Made by a program: the position numbers and the translations under genes
In this document: piece after piece, positions 1-10,880 of the stretch
Layout of the letters: every line of letters starts with the position of its first letter
Numbering within the stretch: position 1 is the first letter of the stretch
Assembly: GCA_963662285.2 (NCBI GenBank)
Contig: CAXXMV010000003.1
Coordinates: 352,001 to 416,000, forward strand
Length of the DNA stretch: 64,000 bases
Reading direction: 5' to 3'
Source: a bacterium
Lineage (GTDB): Bacteria; Hinthialibacterota; Hinthialibacteria; Hinthialibacterales; Hinthialibacteraceae
Notes under the pieces: model-generated
What the model was told of the DNA's origin: nothing
The model's database searches: none
The model's input: the letters and a program-made list of their open reading frames with translations, nothing else

Positions 1-1474
1 ACAATCCATATTTATACACAGTGGGCGACTGTAATAAAATCTGCGCCATTCCCGGCGCCGCCGCCGAACCAAAATGGATGGATGCAAAATCTTCAGCGAT
101 ATTCCTGACATCTTGGTGATGATCCCAGGAAAGACGAAAAACCGTGTATGCCGTCAGGTTTCTCGTATTCCAACCATCACCGCCGGGCATATCCAGACTG
201 CATCCCTTCAGATTGCTGTTATCTACATCCAGCATCATCTGTAATCCGGATTGGTAATAATGTCCGGGAAAAGTTGGAAACAGGTTGCCTCCTGCGTGAT
301 AGTCCATAGATTCGAAAACAACCATCATATTATGAGAGGTTTGATTCAACGTCGGGTTATACCGTTGATGCCACCAGCGGTCATTCTGGGTGAAACTGGG
401 AATCAGATAAAGGTTTTTCACCGGAACCTCGTCAGTAAAAATACTGCGGTAAACCTCAGGTTGAGACTGTTGTTCGTAACTTGTGGTGGTCCAGGTGCGA
501 TGCATATATATTTTATCGAATTCACCCACCACAACGCTCCAAACGTTTTTAATATAGGTGCGGTATCTCTTAGCCAGGCTCCAATCACAATGCGCGCCGT
601 CATGCATGAGGTCGAAGGTCTTGTAGTTACCCCAATAATGTTGTTCGGGTCCGGTGAAAGTTGCTACGCCATCCAGTTCGGGCATTGCTTGCAGAAGCCT
701 TCTGTATTTCGCTTTTACCGCTTCCCAAAAACTTGGATCGCTTGGAGATAATCCGGCGCCGAATTCTTTCAATAGTGATGGATGATAGGTGAAATCTGTT
801 CCGAAAGCGACGCATTTAATGTGTAAAGCATGGGCGTAACGCACTAACTCCATCGCCTGGACGCGGCTTTTTGCGTTCTCGCTCTTTTCCGGTTCTATAT
901 TCCAGGGAACCAAATTCAATACAGAACTAATGAATACAAGATTCAATCCATAACGAAGCGCACGGCGAATATCATCCTTGCTGGATACGGCGACTCTTGT
1001 ATAACGGATATCCAATTCCGGTTCATGTTTCACGTTGATATCAGACATGGATTTGCGCACTCTGAGACGATCCCAAATCCAATATAATCCATAAACATCA
1101 CCAAGGACTGAACCTCCGGATACGACAATTATCTTGCTATCGCCGCGCGACGCTGTAACGATTTCATATCCGTCGGGATTATTAATACCTTCGAGTGATA
1201 TGCTGCCTTGTTGGTACAAATTTGCAGTTATCTGATTCCGTGTACGATTTCCAAGCACGATTGCATTGGCCGGAAGATTGCTCGAGTCAGGGGCAACGTT
1301 GAAAGTTATTCCGTATTTTTTACCAGTGTTTCTCAAATCTTCAAGCGCAACTTTTACTGCTTCATCATCTAGACTTTCAGGTGAAGCAACAATCGTCCAT
1401 TCTTCATTTGGTTGTGAAAATGTTTGTAATGATGACGCTGTAAGAATGATGAAAATCGTCAGATAACGTAACAT
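1..1474 (-). CDS. Secreted glycoside-hydrolase-like protein (GH67/GH115/GH20-type N-terminal domain); runs off window edge
   Basis: Not in ORF track because it has no stop in the window. Manual translation from ATG at 1474 gives MLRYLTIFIILTASSLQTFSQ (signal peptide), then DGYEIVTASRGDSKIIVVSGGSVLGDVYGLYWIWDRL, typical of the beta-hexosaminidase/alpha-glucuronidase N-domain. Frame open to the window start. Confidence 0.65.
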   Translation of the reverse strand, partial: MLRYLTIFIILTASSLQTFSQPNEEWTIVASPESLDDEAVKVALEDLRNTGKKYGITFNVAPDSSNLPANAIVLGNRTRNQITANLYQQGSISLEGINNPDGYEIVTASRGDSKIIVVSGGSVLGDVYGLYWIWDRLRVRKSMSDINVKHEPELDIRYTRVAVSSKDDIRRALRYGLNLVFISSVLNLVPWNIEPEKSENAKSRVQAMELVRYAHALHIKCVAFGTDFTYHPSLLKEFGAGLSPSDPSFWEAVKAKYRRLLQAMPELDGVATFTGPEQHYWGNYKTFDLMHDGAHCDWSLAKRYRTYIKNVWSVVVGEFDKIYMHRTWTTTSYEQQSQPEVYRSIFTDEVPVKNLYLIPSFTQNDRWWHQRYNPTLNQTSHNMMVVFESMDYHAGGNLFPTFPGHYYQSGLQMMLDVDNSNLKGCSLDMPGGDGWNTRNLTAYTVFRLSWDHHQDVRNIAEDFASIHFGSAAAPGMAQILLQSPTVYKYGL

Positions 1475-1508
1475 AAGAGGTTGACTCCTTGAAATCATTC
1501 GACTGGAT

Positions 1509-4500
1509 TCAATGTTGGATATCTATAACAACTTTTTTATAAGCCCTGATGGTGACTGGTCCTATTAATCCAGAAGGCGGTAATGGTTCAAAACCTATTG
1601 GACTATGAGAACCTTTTGGTAATGGGGGTACGGCGCTGCCGTAAATTGGAACCAGATGTTCTGGAATTGGTCTGGGATTTTTATAATTGGATACGCGGTT
1701 GATTAAAGTATTGGTGACCAGGACAGTCATCCTGTTTCCGATAGGTTGCAGCGTATTGGTTATGTCCAGTGTTTGTCCTCTCATCCACACCGTACCCATT
1801 GATGCGTCATTGATCTGGAATTCGGCGATGTTGCCGATTTTCCCAGGGACTAATTCCAATATTATGTTATCACTGAGATAGGATGAAGGTATGTCAAACG
1901 ATATGTCATAACGGGCTGTTCCGCTGAAATATTTTGTTTGTGGATCAAGCGTCCATGAATCTAATTGATCTATTGTTTTCTCAATGCGGGGAAACTCTAC
2001 GCCTTCAAATGTAAGTTTCCATTCACCTTCAATGGCGAAGGGCGCAGGAATATTTTCTACCAGGACTGGCTTGGTTTTTCCCAAATCGTGAGATAACTGT
2101 ATATGGAAGGTTCCGTTATGATCGGTTATGGCTTCAACCGCATCGTAGGTAATCCGTTCGATGCGTTTGAATGGACTTTGCAAGGCGTGAATCTTCGCTC
2201 TTCCGTATTCGAACATGATAAAGGTAGATTCATAAGGCGCGAGAGTCAGAGGTATCTCGATGCCATTCTGGTTTTCATGGAATTGATATATTTGACGAAT
2301 ATCCCCTGTGTAGGGATTCCATTGTTGCGGTATAGCTTGATGAACTCGGAAGGTTACCGGCAAATCGACTGGCTGATCTTGAACATTGGTAACGAAGTAG
2401 AGTTCGGCGTTCTTCAATTTTCGATGGACGTGAATCAAGCCGTTGTTTCTTCGTAGACTTTCACGATTGAAGTCGATGCCGAAATCCGGGGTTACATGCT
2501 GTCGCAAAGTATTGACGAAGGGATCAAGCAGGCTGCTTTTCCAATCTAATTTATCTGTCCGGTGCATAACGTTTTTAATGTAATATGTTGTCCCGCTGCC
2601 GTATTGCTTCGGCCCGGTTCCGAATTCGCCTTGGGGTTCATCGAACATTTCACTGATGATCTCATGAACAGCCCGGTCATTCTTATGATAGTTAATTAAT
2701 CCAGTGGAACTATCAGGTACTTGTTCCAAGGCAATCGCCACTCCTCCCTTTTGAACAAAGGTTTGGATTCTTTCCAGTGTGTTGAGCGGAAGGGCTTTGA
2801 TATCGGGAAGAATGATGACTTTATAGTCAAATTGTATTTGGTCGTTTATACGCCAAATTTTCAGCTGACCTGGTTCGATAGCAGTGCAGTTTTGTAAAAT
2901 ATCATCATTGATCAGATCAAAATCGTAGCCGTTGGCGGTTATCAACTTACCCAGGTCGCCCCACTGGAAATCTCGCGTCCAACGCCGGGCGTTCAAAACA
3001 TCAAGCGTCCATTGGTTGGCTAAGGGAGAATAGACGGCGATGTCCGCAGTAAATTCTCCCTGACGCAGCATCCAGCAGCAACGGGCCAGATACTCAGCCA
3101 AGCGGGGATAGTGTTTCCACCATACGTTATCATGACTGATATGAATGGCGGCGCCCATGCTTCGCGATGGAACAGCGTCGCGTTCGGGAGAACAGGTATA
3201 GCCGTGATTATAAAATTTATTGGCCCCGTTTTTGAGAAAAATATCACTGGCGATTTTGAGTTCTTCCAGCGTGGCGCGGTAGGGCTGCCAATGAAGAAAG
3301 GTATAGGCTTCAGTAGATACAATGTTTTTGCCATAGAGATGAGCGCCGGAAGCTACGTACTTTTTGGGTCCGATACGCGTGTCGAACCAGGGTACGGCGT
3401 CTTTTTCCCCGGCGGTGATCTCCATTTCGGGGATGTCAGTAATTCCTGCGCCTTCAATATTATCTGTAGCGAAACCGTAGGGTTGGATACGTCCTTGTAC
3501 GCCATTAGCGCTGCACCATCCCAGAAAAGAGTCGAAGAAAGATTCCATGCCGGTTTGATGCAGGAACTGGTTTACATCATAGCGGATTTTGGAAGTCGCT
3601 TCGCCAATGTTCCACCATATTGCCGGAAGGTAATGCGTAAGGTTATAGCCTTTTTTAATCTTGAATTCATCCAGTAAACCGTTTGACCAATATATGCCAT
3701 TAGGCGCCAGAGCCACTTCAAAACTATCGCAGAAGAATGAATCTACTGTTTTACCAAATTCATCGCCAAATGTTTTATGGAATTGTTTACCCAGAAAGTC
3801 GCAATAACGGCGCATGGCGGCTAGATTGAAATGATCCACCGTCTCGCCTTGGCCGGTATATTTCAGCCAGAAGGCCATCAAGCGCCAACGCCCTTCGGGA
3901 ACGCTCCATTTAAGTGAACGGCCTTCGGTTTGCTGGGTGAGAATTGTAATAGAGTTCTGGTCTATACTTTCGTCTAACAGTTTTGCCGCGACTACTGCGA
4001 TGAGTTCATCTTCAGCTGTGATTTGTTTGAGTGGTAATTCCCATGAGTGGGTGGGAGCGCTTAACTGGATGGGTAAATCTCCCTTGAAAGTTTGAGGGCC
4101 TTCCAGATCGATGAAGGTGGGAACCAGTGATTTGCTGCGATCCTGAGGAGGAACCCAGGCGCCGCCGATCACCCAACCGGGGCCGCCGAAATTGACGGAA
4201 AGATTCATGCCAAGCCGTTTGGCTGTTTTTACGGCATGATTCAGTTTTTCAAGATAATCGTCTGAGAGATAGGGAACGTTGCCTTTTTCGTATACAGCCT
4301 CCATCGAGATTTGTTCAACTCCGCCAATCCCCTTGGCGAACATCTCTTCCAGTTGCCAGGTGATTTCATCCTTGGTCACAGCGTTCCCCATCCACCACCA
4401 ACGGGTATGGGGACGACAATCGATTGGCGGATCAACAAACATGCGCTGTATTTCATTGATGCCAATATCAGTGGCGGCATAACTGGATGAAACGCTGAAT

Positions 4501-4577
4501 ATAAAAACCGAAAAAACGAAAGTAACTAACATCATTTTAATCAAACTTGGGAATTTGAAAATATTATGGATCATCAA
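1509..4577 (-). CDS. Glycoside hydrolase family 106 (alpha-L-rhamnosidase-like), secreted
   Basis: Signal peptide; RPHTRWWWMGN, GIGGVEQ, SFFCDSFE, ASGAHLYGKNIVSTEAYT and C-terminal PSGLIGPV motifs typical of GH106. Confidence 0.85.
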   Translation of the reverse strand: MMIHNIFKFPSLIKMMLVTFVFSVFIFSVSSSYAATDIGINEIQRMFVDPPIDCRPHTRWWWMGNAVTKDEITWQLEEMFAKGIGGVEQISMEAVYEKGNVPYLSDDYLEKLNHAVKTAKRLGMNLSVNFGGPGWVIGGAWVPPQDRSKSLVPTFIDLEGPQTFKGDLPIQLSAPTHSWELPLKQITAEDELIAVVAAKLLDESIDQNSITILTQQTEGRSLKWSVPEGRWRLMAFWLKYTGQGETVDHFNLAAMRRYCDFLGKQFHKTFGDEFGKTVDSFFCDSFEVALAPNGIYWSNGLLDEFKIKKGYNLTHYLPAIWWNIGEATSKIRYDVNQFLHQTGMESFFDSFLGWCSANGVQGRIQPYGFATDNIEGAGITDIPEMEITAGEKDAVPWFDTRIGPKKYVASGAHLYGKNIVSTEAYTFLHWQPYRATLEELKIASDIFLKNGANKFYNHGYTCSPERDAVPSRSMGAAIHISHDNVWWKHYPRLAEYLARCCWMLRQGEFTADIAVYSPLANQWTLDVLNARRWTRDFQWGDLGKLITANGYDFDLINDDILQNCTAIEPGQLKIWRINDQIQFDYKVIILPDIKALPLNTLERIQTFVQKGGVAIALEQVPDSSTGLINYHKNDRAVHEIISEMFDEPQGEFGTGPKQYGSGTTYYIKNVMHRTDKLDWKSSLLDPFVNTLRQHVTPDFGIDFNRESLRRNNGLIHVHRKLKNAELYFVTNVQDQPVDLPVTFRVHQAIPQQWNPYTGDIRQIYQFHENQNGIEIPLTLAPYESTFIMFEYGRAKIHALQSPFKRIERITYDAVEAITDHNGTFHIQLSHDLGKTKPVLVENIPAPFAIEGEWKLTFEGVEFPRIEKTIDQLDSWTLDPQTKYFSGTARYDISFDIPSSYLSDNIILELVPGKIGNIAEFQINDASMGTVWMRGQTLDITNTLQPIGNRMTVLVTNTLINRVSNYKNPRPIPEHLVPIYGSAVPPLPKGSHSPIGFEPLPPSGLIGPVTIRAYKKVVIDIQH

Positions 4578-4996
4578 TCAGTTTCCTTATATATAGCGGT
4601 TAACAAAAATATATTCATTTATTATCACGTTTGGTCTTAGAAGACGCCAATTTTTGATGGCATTTTCTAAGTTATAGTAAAGTATGCACTAGACCAATTA
4701 AAGGATCATATGTCTCGAGATAGTAACACCATTAATAGACATGGGAAAATAATTTTTCATAAAAAAACCGTTAGAACATTTTCTTTCTAAGACACAATCA
4801 TTTTGCAATAGGCTTATTTATTTGATAATTTTTTATAAAATAATGAGACATCATGAGTTGTTTGAGATATATTTTATAAAAAAGTATGCTGTTTTTATTT
4901 GTTTTGAGCAATAAGAGCATGATTGATTAAAATGAGTTATTGCCATATAGTTATCGAAAAATCATAAACTTTACAAACCAGCGGGGGGATCATCAA

Positions 4997-7882
4997 ATGG
5001 GTCGGTCATTATGGTTGTTGGCGATTATTGGTTGTGCGCTTTGGGTTAACGGGATTGCTTCTTGCGAAGAAATTGTACAAAATCCTCAACATTCGTTGAT
5101 GGTTAATAGTGAAACGTCTATTGAGACTCCAACGGTCACGCCTCTATCTACCATTACGCCTATTCCTTCTCCAACGCCTACTGAAACTCAGGTGGATTAT
5201 GTAAACAAATTCCCCGTATGTGGGGATGTTCCTGGAAATATACACGACCTGGATTTCATTCCTGAAAGTAACCGGATTATAACGCTGGATGAAGTAAACA
5301 ACTTACGTTTTTGGGAAAAAAATCCAGTTAGCCTGCTTTTGCAGCCAAACGTGGAAATTGGTGATGTAACAAAAATTGAACTGACCTGTAATGGAAAGTT
5401 TGTTTGGGTAAGTGGATGTATTGAGTTGAATTTAATAATAATAAAAGTAGATGCAATCACAGGGTTAATTATCAAGGAAATTGAAATTGGCGAAAATATT
5501 ACTACATGGGATATTGATAATGATGAAAAACATCTATTTTACGCAAAACCAAATAAAGGCATTTTTGAAATTGATTTGGAAACGGATCAGCGTAAGCAGA
5601 TATACCAATTATCTGAAGGTTTTGATTATCTTTATAATTTAATACTCTCTCCTGATAATAGTGAATTAGCCATTGTTGAATGGACTAATAGTTATGACCA
5701 GATATATGAATCCAGAGTAGTGATCTGGGATATTACTCAGAATCAGACGAAGCGTGAGTTTCATTACCATAAATACTATGTAGATAAAGTGCTGTGGACT
5801 CAAGATGGAGATTACTTATATTTTCAGACTATTGATAGAACTGATGGCTCATATCGTTCATATAGTATGGAATTGTTCGAGAAATCGACTGGTCATCATA
5901 TTGGACATCTTTACCTAGGTGATAAAAAAGGTGAAGTGGAATTAGCTCCCGATGGAGTTCGTCTTTTATTTTCGGAATGGAATAAAAAAGGCGTTGTCGC
6001 CTTGGTGGATTTTTTCTCTGGTGAAATATTACATAAGTTCCATCATCAGGGTCATGTATATTCAATGGCATTTAACCAGGATGGAACAGAAATCCTAACA
6101 GGAACCTATTCCTCGTCAAAAGAGATAGCCGCTGCATATTTATGGGATATCTGCGACATCCCGGCAGGGGAATTTCCAGATTCGTTTGTTGCGTCGACCC
6201 CCACTCCGACAATGACTATTACTCCTACAATGACTTTCACGCCTACGCGAACACCGGATCGACCACATAGTTATCCCACAGAGTATCAGTTGATGGAGAC
6301 CGACCTGAAAGCAGATCTTCTGGCGATTAATCCCGTGACTGATGATATTGTAAGTACTTATTTCGAGACTTATCCCCGCAGATTTTTTATTACTACGCCG
6401 TCGGGCGATAAAACCGAAATCACTCCAGATTCTGAAGAAGCCCAGCAGATTTTGAGTCAATCCTTTAACGATATGTGCGTATCAGAACAAGGCGTCATTT
6501 ATTTTATAGGTGACGAATTAGTGGAATTTGATCCCAACCGGATTTATAATCCCGTGCGGCAATTTGATATCAGCGGTCGTAAAATACATGTTGTTGCTGA
6601 AACAGATAGAATCCCCGGAGCAACGCCTGGGATGTTGATAATCCTCCGCACGCCAGATAATAAAAATGAAAGGGATGAATTCTTCTATTTGGGCCATAAA
6701 GAAAATGAACTGCTTCTGTTTAATCCACAGAGCGATCCTGCTACGCGTGAGATTCTTTTTACCGGGGAAGAATTTCTAAGAGGCGTTATTATAGCGGATA
6801 TGACTATTGGCCCCGAAAATCGGTTGTTCTTTATAACCAGTGGATACATAAACAAAATCATATTCCTTAATGATAAAGGATGCATTGAAGAATATTCTCA
6901 TTTATTATTTGATTTTGGATATTTATTCTCCAATTCACATTTCTATTCATTCATTTACAGCCCGATAGAACGTTCTTTCTTTTTGCAAACATATTGTATA
7001 TTTAAGATACCTATTGATGATTTATCTGAAATAAAATTTGCTTCAACGTCATATTCATCAAAAGGAATATTAGAATCATCAATATCAGGTGATAAGATTT
7101 TCGTTTCTCATCGAAAACGATTTCCTTTTGAAGATTCAATTTATGTATTAACTACTGAAACGGCGCCTGCAACTCCCACGCCTCCAGCCATAATCCCGAA
7201 ACCCACGCCAACGCCGATCAAGGCATGGTTTGTGCTTGATGGATTTGGCGGGATTCATACCACTAATGATGACGTGAAGCCTCCCGTATTACCCTATTTC
7301 ATGAATTACAACATAGTCAGAGATATCGAACCCGATCCTCAAGGCAAGGGCTGGTACATGCTGGATGGTTTTGGAGGCATACATCAATCATCAACAGAGA
7401 TGCAGAGACCTCCTATTGAAATGCCCTATTTCGGATTTGATATTGCGCGGAATCTGGAAGTTAAATTTACTGATGGCGAGTATAAGTTCTATATGCTGGA
7501 TGGCTATGGCGGAATTCACACCAACGATGAGGACTTTAAGTTTATCAATTTACCCTGGAATGATCGTGATGTAATGCGTGATCTTGAACCGGTGGATGAT
7601 AGCAATGATTGGATGGTTATGGACGATAGAGGATTAATTTATCGTAATGATACTCCTCAGATAGATCGTATTTATTACTGTTTCTTTTCAAGTAAAATCA
7701 TGAGAAGTTTCGTCCGGTTCCCGGATGATCGAACCGTCATGATCGATTTCTATGGCGGGCGGCATACCAATAGTTATTATCCGGCCAACGATGTAATCAA
7801 CGGTTTACCACCGGGATTCTATTTCCCAGGTTGGGAGATTATCTGGGATGTTGAGATTGTTCCCGAAAATATGATTGAATGA
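4997..7882 (+). CDS. Secreted multidomain protein: WD40-like propeller, PT linker, second propeller-like domain, PT linker, C-terminal LDG(F/Y)GGIH repeat domain
   Basis: ORF track 4940..7882; start moved to ATG 4997 (GGGGGA RBS, hydrophobic signal follows). WD-type ends (LRFWE, VVIWD, AYLWD), PTPT linkers, five ~48-aa C-terminal repeats. Confidence 0.8.
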   Translation: MGRSLWLLAIIGCALWVNGIASCEEIVQNPQHSLMVNSETSIETPTVTPLSTITPIPSPTPTETQVDYVNKFPVCGDVPGNIHDLDFIPESNRIITLDEVNNLRFWEKNPVSLLLQPNVEIGDVTKIELTCNGKFVWVSGCIELNLIIIKVDAITGLIIKEIEIGENITTWDIDNDEKHLFYAKPNKGIFEIDLETDQRKQIYQLSEGFDYLYNLILSPDNSELAIVEWTNSYDQIYESRVVIWDITQNQTKREFHYHKYYVDKVLWTQDGDYLYFQTIDRTDGSYRSYSMELFEKSTGHHIGHLYLGDKKGEVELAPDGVRLLFSEWNKKGVVALVDFFSGEILHKFHHQGHVYSMAFNQDGTEILTGTYSSSKEIAAAYLWDICDIPAGEFPDSFVASTPTPTMTITPTMTFTPTRTPDRPHSYPTEYQLMETDLKADLLAINPVTDDIVSTYFETYPRRFFITTPSGDKTEITPDSEEAQQILSQSFNDMCVSEQGVIYFIGDELVEFDPNRIYNPVRQFDISGRKIHVVAETDRIPGATPGMLIILRTPDNKNERDEFFYLGHKENELLLFNPQSDPATREILFTGEEFLRGVIIADMTIGPENRLFFITSGYINKIIFLNDKGCIEEYSHLLFDFGYLFSNSHFYSFIYSPIERSFFLQTYCIFKIPIDDLSEIKFASTSYSSKGILESSISGDKIFVSHRKRFPFEDSIYVLTTETAPATPTPPAIIPKPTPTPIKAWFVLDGFGGIHTTNDDVKPPVLPYFMNYNIVRDIEPDPQGKGWYMLDGFGGIHQSSTEMQRPPIEMPYFGFDIARNLEVKFTDGEYKFYMLDGYGGIHTNDEDFKFINLPWNDRDVMRDLEPVDDSNDWMVMDDRGLIYRNDTPQIDRIYYCFFSSKIMRSFVRFPDDRTVMIDFYGGRHTNSYYPANDVINGLPPGFYFPGWEIIWDVEIVPENMIE

Positions 7883-7953
7883 TCAGGGCGTATTTATATA
7901 TTAATCTTTTTAACGATAATTTATCTTATTTTAAACTATGGAGGGATCATCAA

Positions 7954-9801
7954 GTGAGCAGTACATTATGGTTGTTAGCGATTATTGGGTATGTGGTTTT
8001 ATCTTATGGGATTGGGTTTTGCGGAAAAATTACAAAACAATCTCAATATTCTTTAATTTCAGTAGATATTTATAATAACGTAACTGGCGCAAGGCAAGGC
8101 CGTAATTTGTATCATGCCAATAGTGAGACTCCAACTGAGACTCCAACCATGACGCCTACGCCGGATCAACCCAATGGCTTTCCTGCAGATTACCAGCTGG
8201 TAAAGAGCTACCTGAAAGCTGATCTTCTGGCCATTAATCCCAGAACGGATGATATTATCAGTACTTATTACGATAACTACTCCCGCAAACTGAACATCAC
8301 AATTCCGTCAGGAGATCAAATCGGAATCACACCTGATTCCGAACAAGCGCAGCAGATTTTGAATCAATCCTTTGGGGATATGTGCGTATCAGAAGAAGGC
8401 GTCATTTATCTTATTGGCGGGAAATTAGTGGAATATGATCCAAACCGCATTGATAGTCCCGTGCGGCAGTTTGATATTAGCGGTCGCAAAATTCATGTTG
8501 TTTCTGAAACGGATAGAATCCCCGGAACTAAACCCGGGATGTTAATAATTCTGAGTACTCCAAATAATCCTAGCGACGATGATGTGTGGTATATGAATGG
8601 CCGCAAGAATAATAAACTAGTTATGTTTAATCCACTTTCTGATCCCGTTGAAACCGAGATTCTTTTCGCTGGTGAAGAATTTTTGAGGGGTGTTAGCATA
8701 AACGATATGACTGTAGGTCCCGAAAATCGGTTGTTCTTTATAACCAGAGGTTACAAGAGCAAACTTTTATTCCTTAACGATGAAGGATATATAGAAGAAT
8801 ATGCCCATTTCTTGTATGATTTTGGATATCCTACTTTCCTTTCTCTTACATACAGCCCAATAGAGCGTTCTTTCTTTATATTATCTAATCATAAATTATT
8901 TAAAATATTTTCTGATGATTTATCTATTTCAGAATTCGCTTCATTAAGCCTATCATCCTTTATGTTCTCTTCTGTAAATGCAGTTTTGCAATCATCAAAA
9001 ACAGGTGATAAGATATTTTTTCCTCATGGGGAAAAAATAAATGAACAATGGATTTTTACATTAAATACTGATAAAACTCTTCCAACACCAACCCCTACGC
9101 CTCCAGCCATTATCCCGACTCCCACACCAACGCCGATCAAGGCCTGGTACGTGCTGGATGGATTTGGCGGGATTCATACTACTAATGCTGATGTGAAGCC
9201 TCCCGTGCTACCTTATTTCATGGATTACAACATAGTCAGAGATATCGAACCCGATCCTCAAGGCAAAGGCTGGTATATGCTTGATGGATATGGCGGTATT
9301 CATCAATCTTCTGCCGAGATGCAGAGACCTCCTATTGAAATGCCATATTTTGGATTTGATATTGCCCGGAATCTGGAAGTGAAATTTACCGATGGTGAGT
9401 ATAAGTTCTATATGCTGGATGGCTATGGCGGAATTCACACCAACGATGAGGACTTTAAGTTTATCAATTTACCCTGGAATAATGACGATGTGATGCGTGA
9501 TCTTGAACCAATTGAAGATAGCGACGATTGGTTGGCGCTGGATGATAGAGGATTCATTTATCGTAATAATATTCCGCAGATAGATAGTATCTTTAATATG
9601 TATTATGCAAATAAAATTATAAGAAGTTTCGTCCGGTTCCCGGATGATCGAACCGTCATGATTGATGTTTTCGGCGGACGTCATAGCAACATTTATTATC
9701 CAGCCAACGATGTTATCAACGGTTTGCCGGAGGGATTCTATTTCCCCGGTTGGGAGATTATCTGGGATGTTGAGATTGTTCCCGAAAATATGATTGAATG
9801 A
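7954..9801 (+). CDS. Tandem paralog of the upstream secreted protein, lacking the WD40 domain
   Basis: ORF track 7879..9801; likely GTG start at 7954 (GGAGGGATCATCAA-GTG mirrors the paralog's start context). Highly similar to roughly residues 440-980 of the upstream protein. Confidence 0.8.
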   Translation: MSSTLWLLAIIGYVVLSYGIGFCGKITKQSQYSLISVDIYNNVTGARQGRNLYHANSETPTETPTMTPTPDQPNGFPADYQLVKSYLKADLLAINPRTDDIISTYYDNYSRKLNITIPSGDQIGITPDSEQAQQILNQSFGDMCVSEEGVIYLIGGKLVEYDPNRIDSPVRQFDISGRKIHVVSETDRIPGTKPGMLIILSTPNNPSDDDVWYMNGRKNNKLVMFNPLSDPVETEILFAGEEFLRGVSINDMTVGPENRLFFITRGYKSKLLFLNDEGYIEEYAHFLYDFGYPTFLSLTYSPIERSFFILSNHKLFKIFSDDLSISEFASLSLSSFMFSSVNAVLQSSKTGDKIFFPHGEKINEQWIFTLNTDKTLPTPTPTPPAIIPTPTPTPIKAWYVLDGFGGIHTTNADVKPPVLPYFMDYNIVRDIEPDPQGKGWYMLDGYGGIHQSSAEMQRPPIEMPYFGFDIARNLEVKFTDGEYKFYMLDGYGGIHTNDEDFKFINLPWNNDDVMRDLEPIEDSDDWLALDDRGFIYRNNIPQIDSIFNMYYANKIIRSFVRFPDDRTVMIDVFGGRHSNIYYPANDVINGLPEGFYFPGWEIIWDVEIVPENMIE

Positions 9802-9962
9802 TCAGAGTAATTCTAACAACTTATCGGCTTGGTTAACTTGACGATGCATAATGTTTTGTGTGATGATTGTCTTGAATGAATCATTGAAGATGATTCGTAT
9901 TGTTCAACATTATGCAGATAACTCTATACTGCTGAAAAGCAAAACTGGTTGGAGTCGATAAA

Positions 9963-10835
9963 ATGTTAGAAAAACAGAAATTTTCGCGTCGCACCGCATT
10001 ACAAACCCTAGTACTGGGCGCCGCCGGAGTCATGTTTCCCATATCTGAAGCCAAGGCTCAGTTAAAAGGCCGCATCAAACAATCCGTCACATCAGGGATT
10101 GGCAATAAACTCCCTCCTGATCAGTTTTTTCAACTCTGTAAGGAGATGGGATTAGTCGGGCTGGATTTCGTCGGCGCCGACAAATGGCCTCTGCTGAAAA
10201 AACATGGCCTGGTCTGCACTCTGGCCAGTGGAGCGGGTTCCATACTGCATGGCGCCGCTGATAAGCGTAATCACGCTGGCATGTTGCAACAATTTAATTC
10301 CAACATCAAAGCCGCCGCTGAATATAAATGGCGTAATGTCATCACTATGTCCGGTCAATGTCATGGCATGAGCGATGAAGAAGGTATGGATAACTGTTTG
10401 ATCGTTCTGAAGGAAGCAGTGAAAATTGCTGAAGATTACGGCGTCACCATCTGCATGGAACTTCTCAACAGTAAAGTGAATCACCCCGACTACATGTGCG
10501 ACCATACGGCCTGGGGCGTTGAACTGTGCAAGCGCGTCGGCTCGCCCCGCTTCAAACTGCTCTACGATATATACCACATGCAGATTCAGGAAGGCGATAT
10601 CATTCGCACCATACGCCAAAGCATCGACTACATCGGGCATTTCCATACCGCAGGAAATCCGGGGCGCAATGACCTGGATGATGAGCAGGAACTCTACTAT
10701 CCAGCCATAATGCGCGCTATAGCCCGCCTGACCGAAGAAGGCCGTTATGACGGCTATGTCGCCCATGAATTCGGCGCTAAAAGCAAAAACAAACTCGATT
10801 CCCTGAGACACGCCGTGCAGGTTTGTGATGTTTAA
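9963..10835 (+). CDS. Tat-exported hydroxypyruvate isomerase-like TIM barrel (AP endonuclease 2/xylose isomerase-like family)
   Basis: SRRTAL Tat motif; ELLNSKVNHPDY, LLYDIYHMQIQEGD, HFHTAGNPGR motifs. Confidence 0.85.
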   Translation: MLEKQKFSRRTALQTLVLGAAGVMFPISEAKAQLKGRIKQSVTSGIGNKLPPDQFFQLCKEMGLVGLDFVGADKWPLLKKHGLVCTLASGAGSILHGAADKRNHAGMLQQFNSNIKAAAEYKWRNVITMSGQCHGMSDEEGMDNCLIVLKEAVKIAEDYGVTICMELLNSKVNHPDYMCDHTAWGVELCKRVGSPRFKLLYDIYHMQIQEGDIIRTIRQSIDYIGHFHTAGNPGRNDLDDEQELYYPAIMRAIARLTEEGRYDGYVAHEFGAKSKNKLDSLRHAVQVCDV

Positions 10836-10880
10836 GTCTCTCTAGATACTACTGACGATTTTCGGCAAAGGAGTAATCCC

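Noticed and set aside
4997-9805. Diversity-generating retroelement (TR/VR pair) in the duplicated 3' ends
   Set aside because: Both copies are coding, differences are not adenine-restricted and are often synonymous, and there is no reverse transcriptase in the window.
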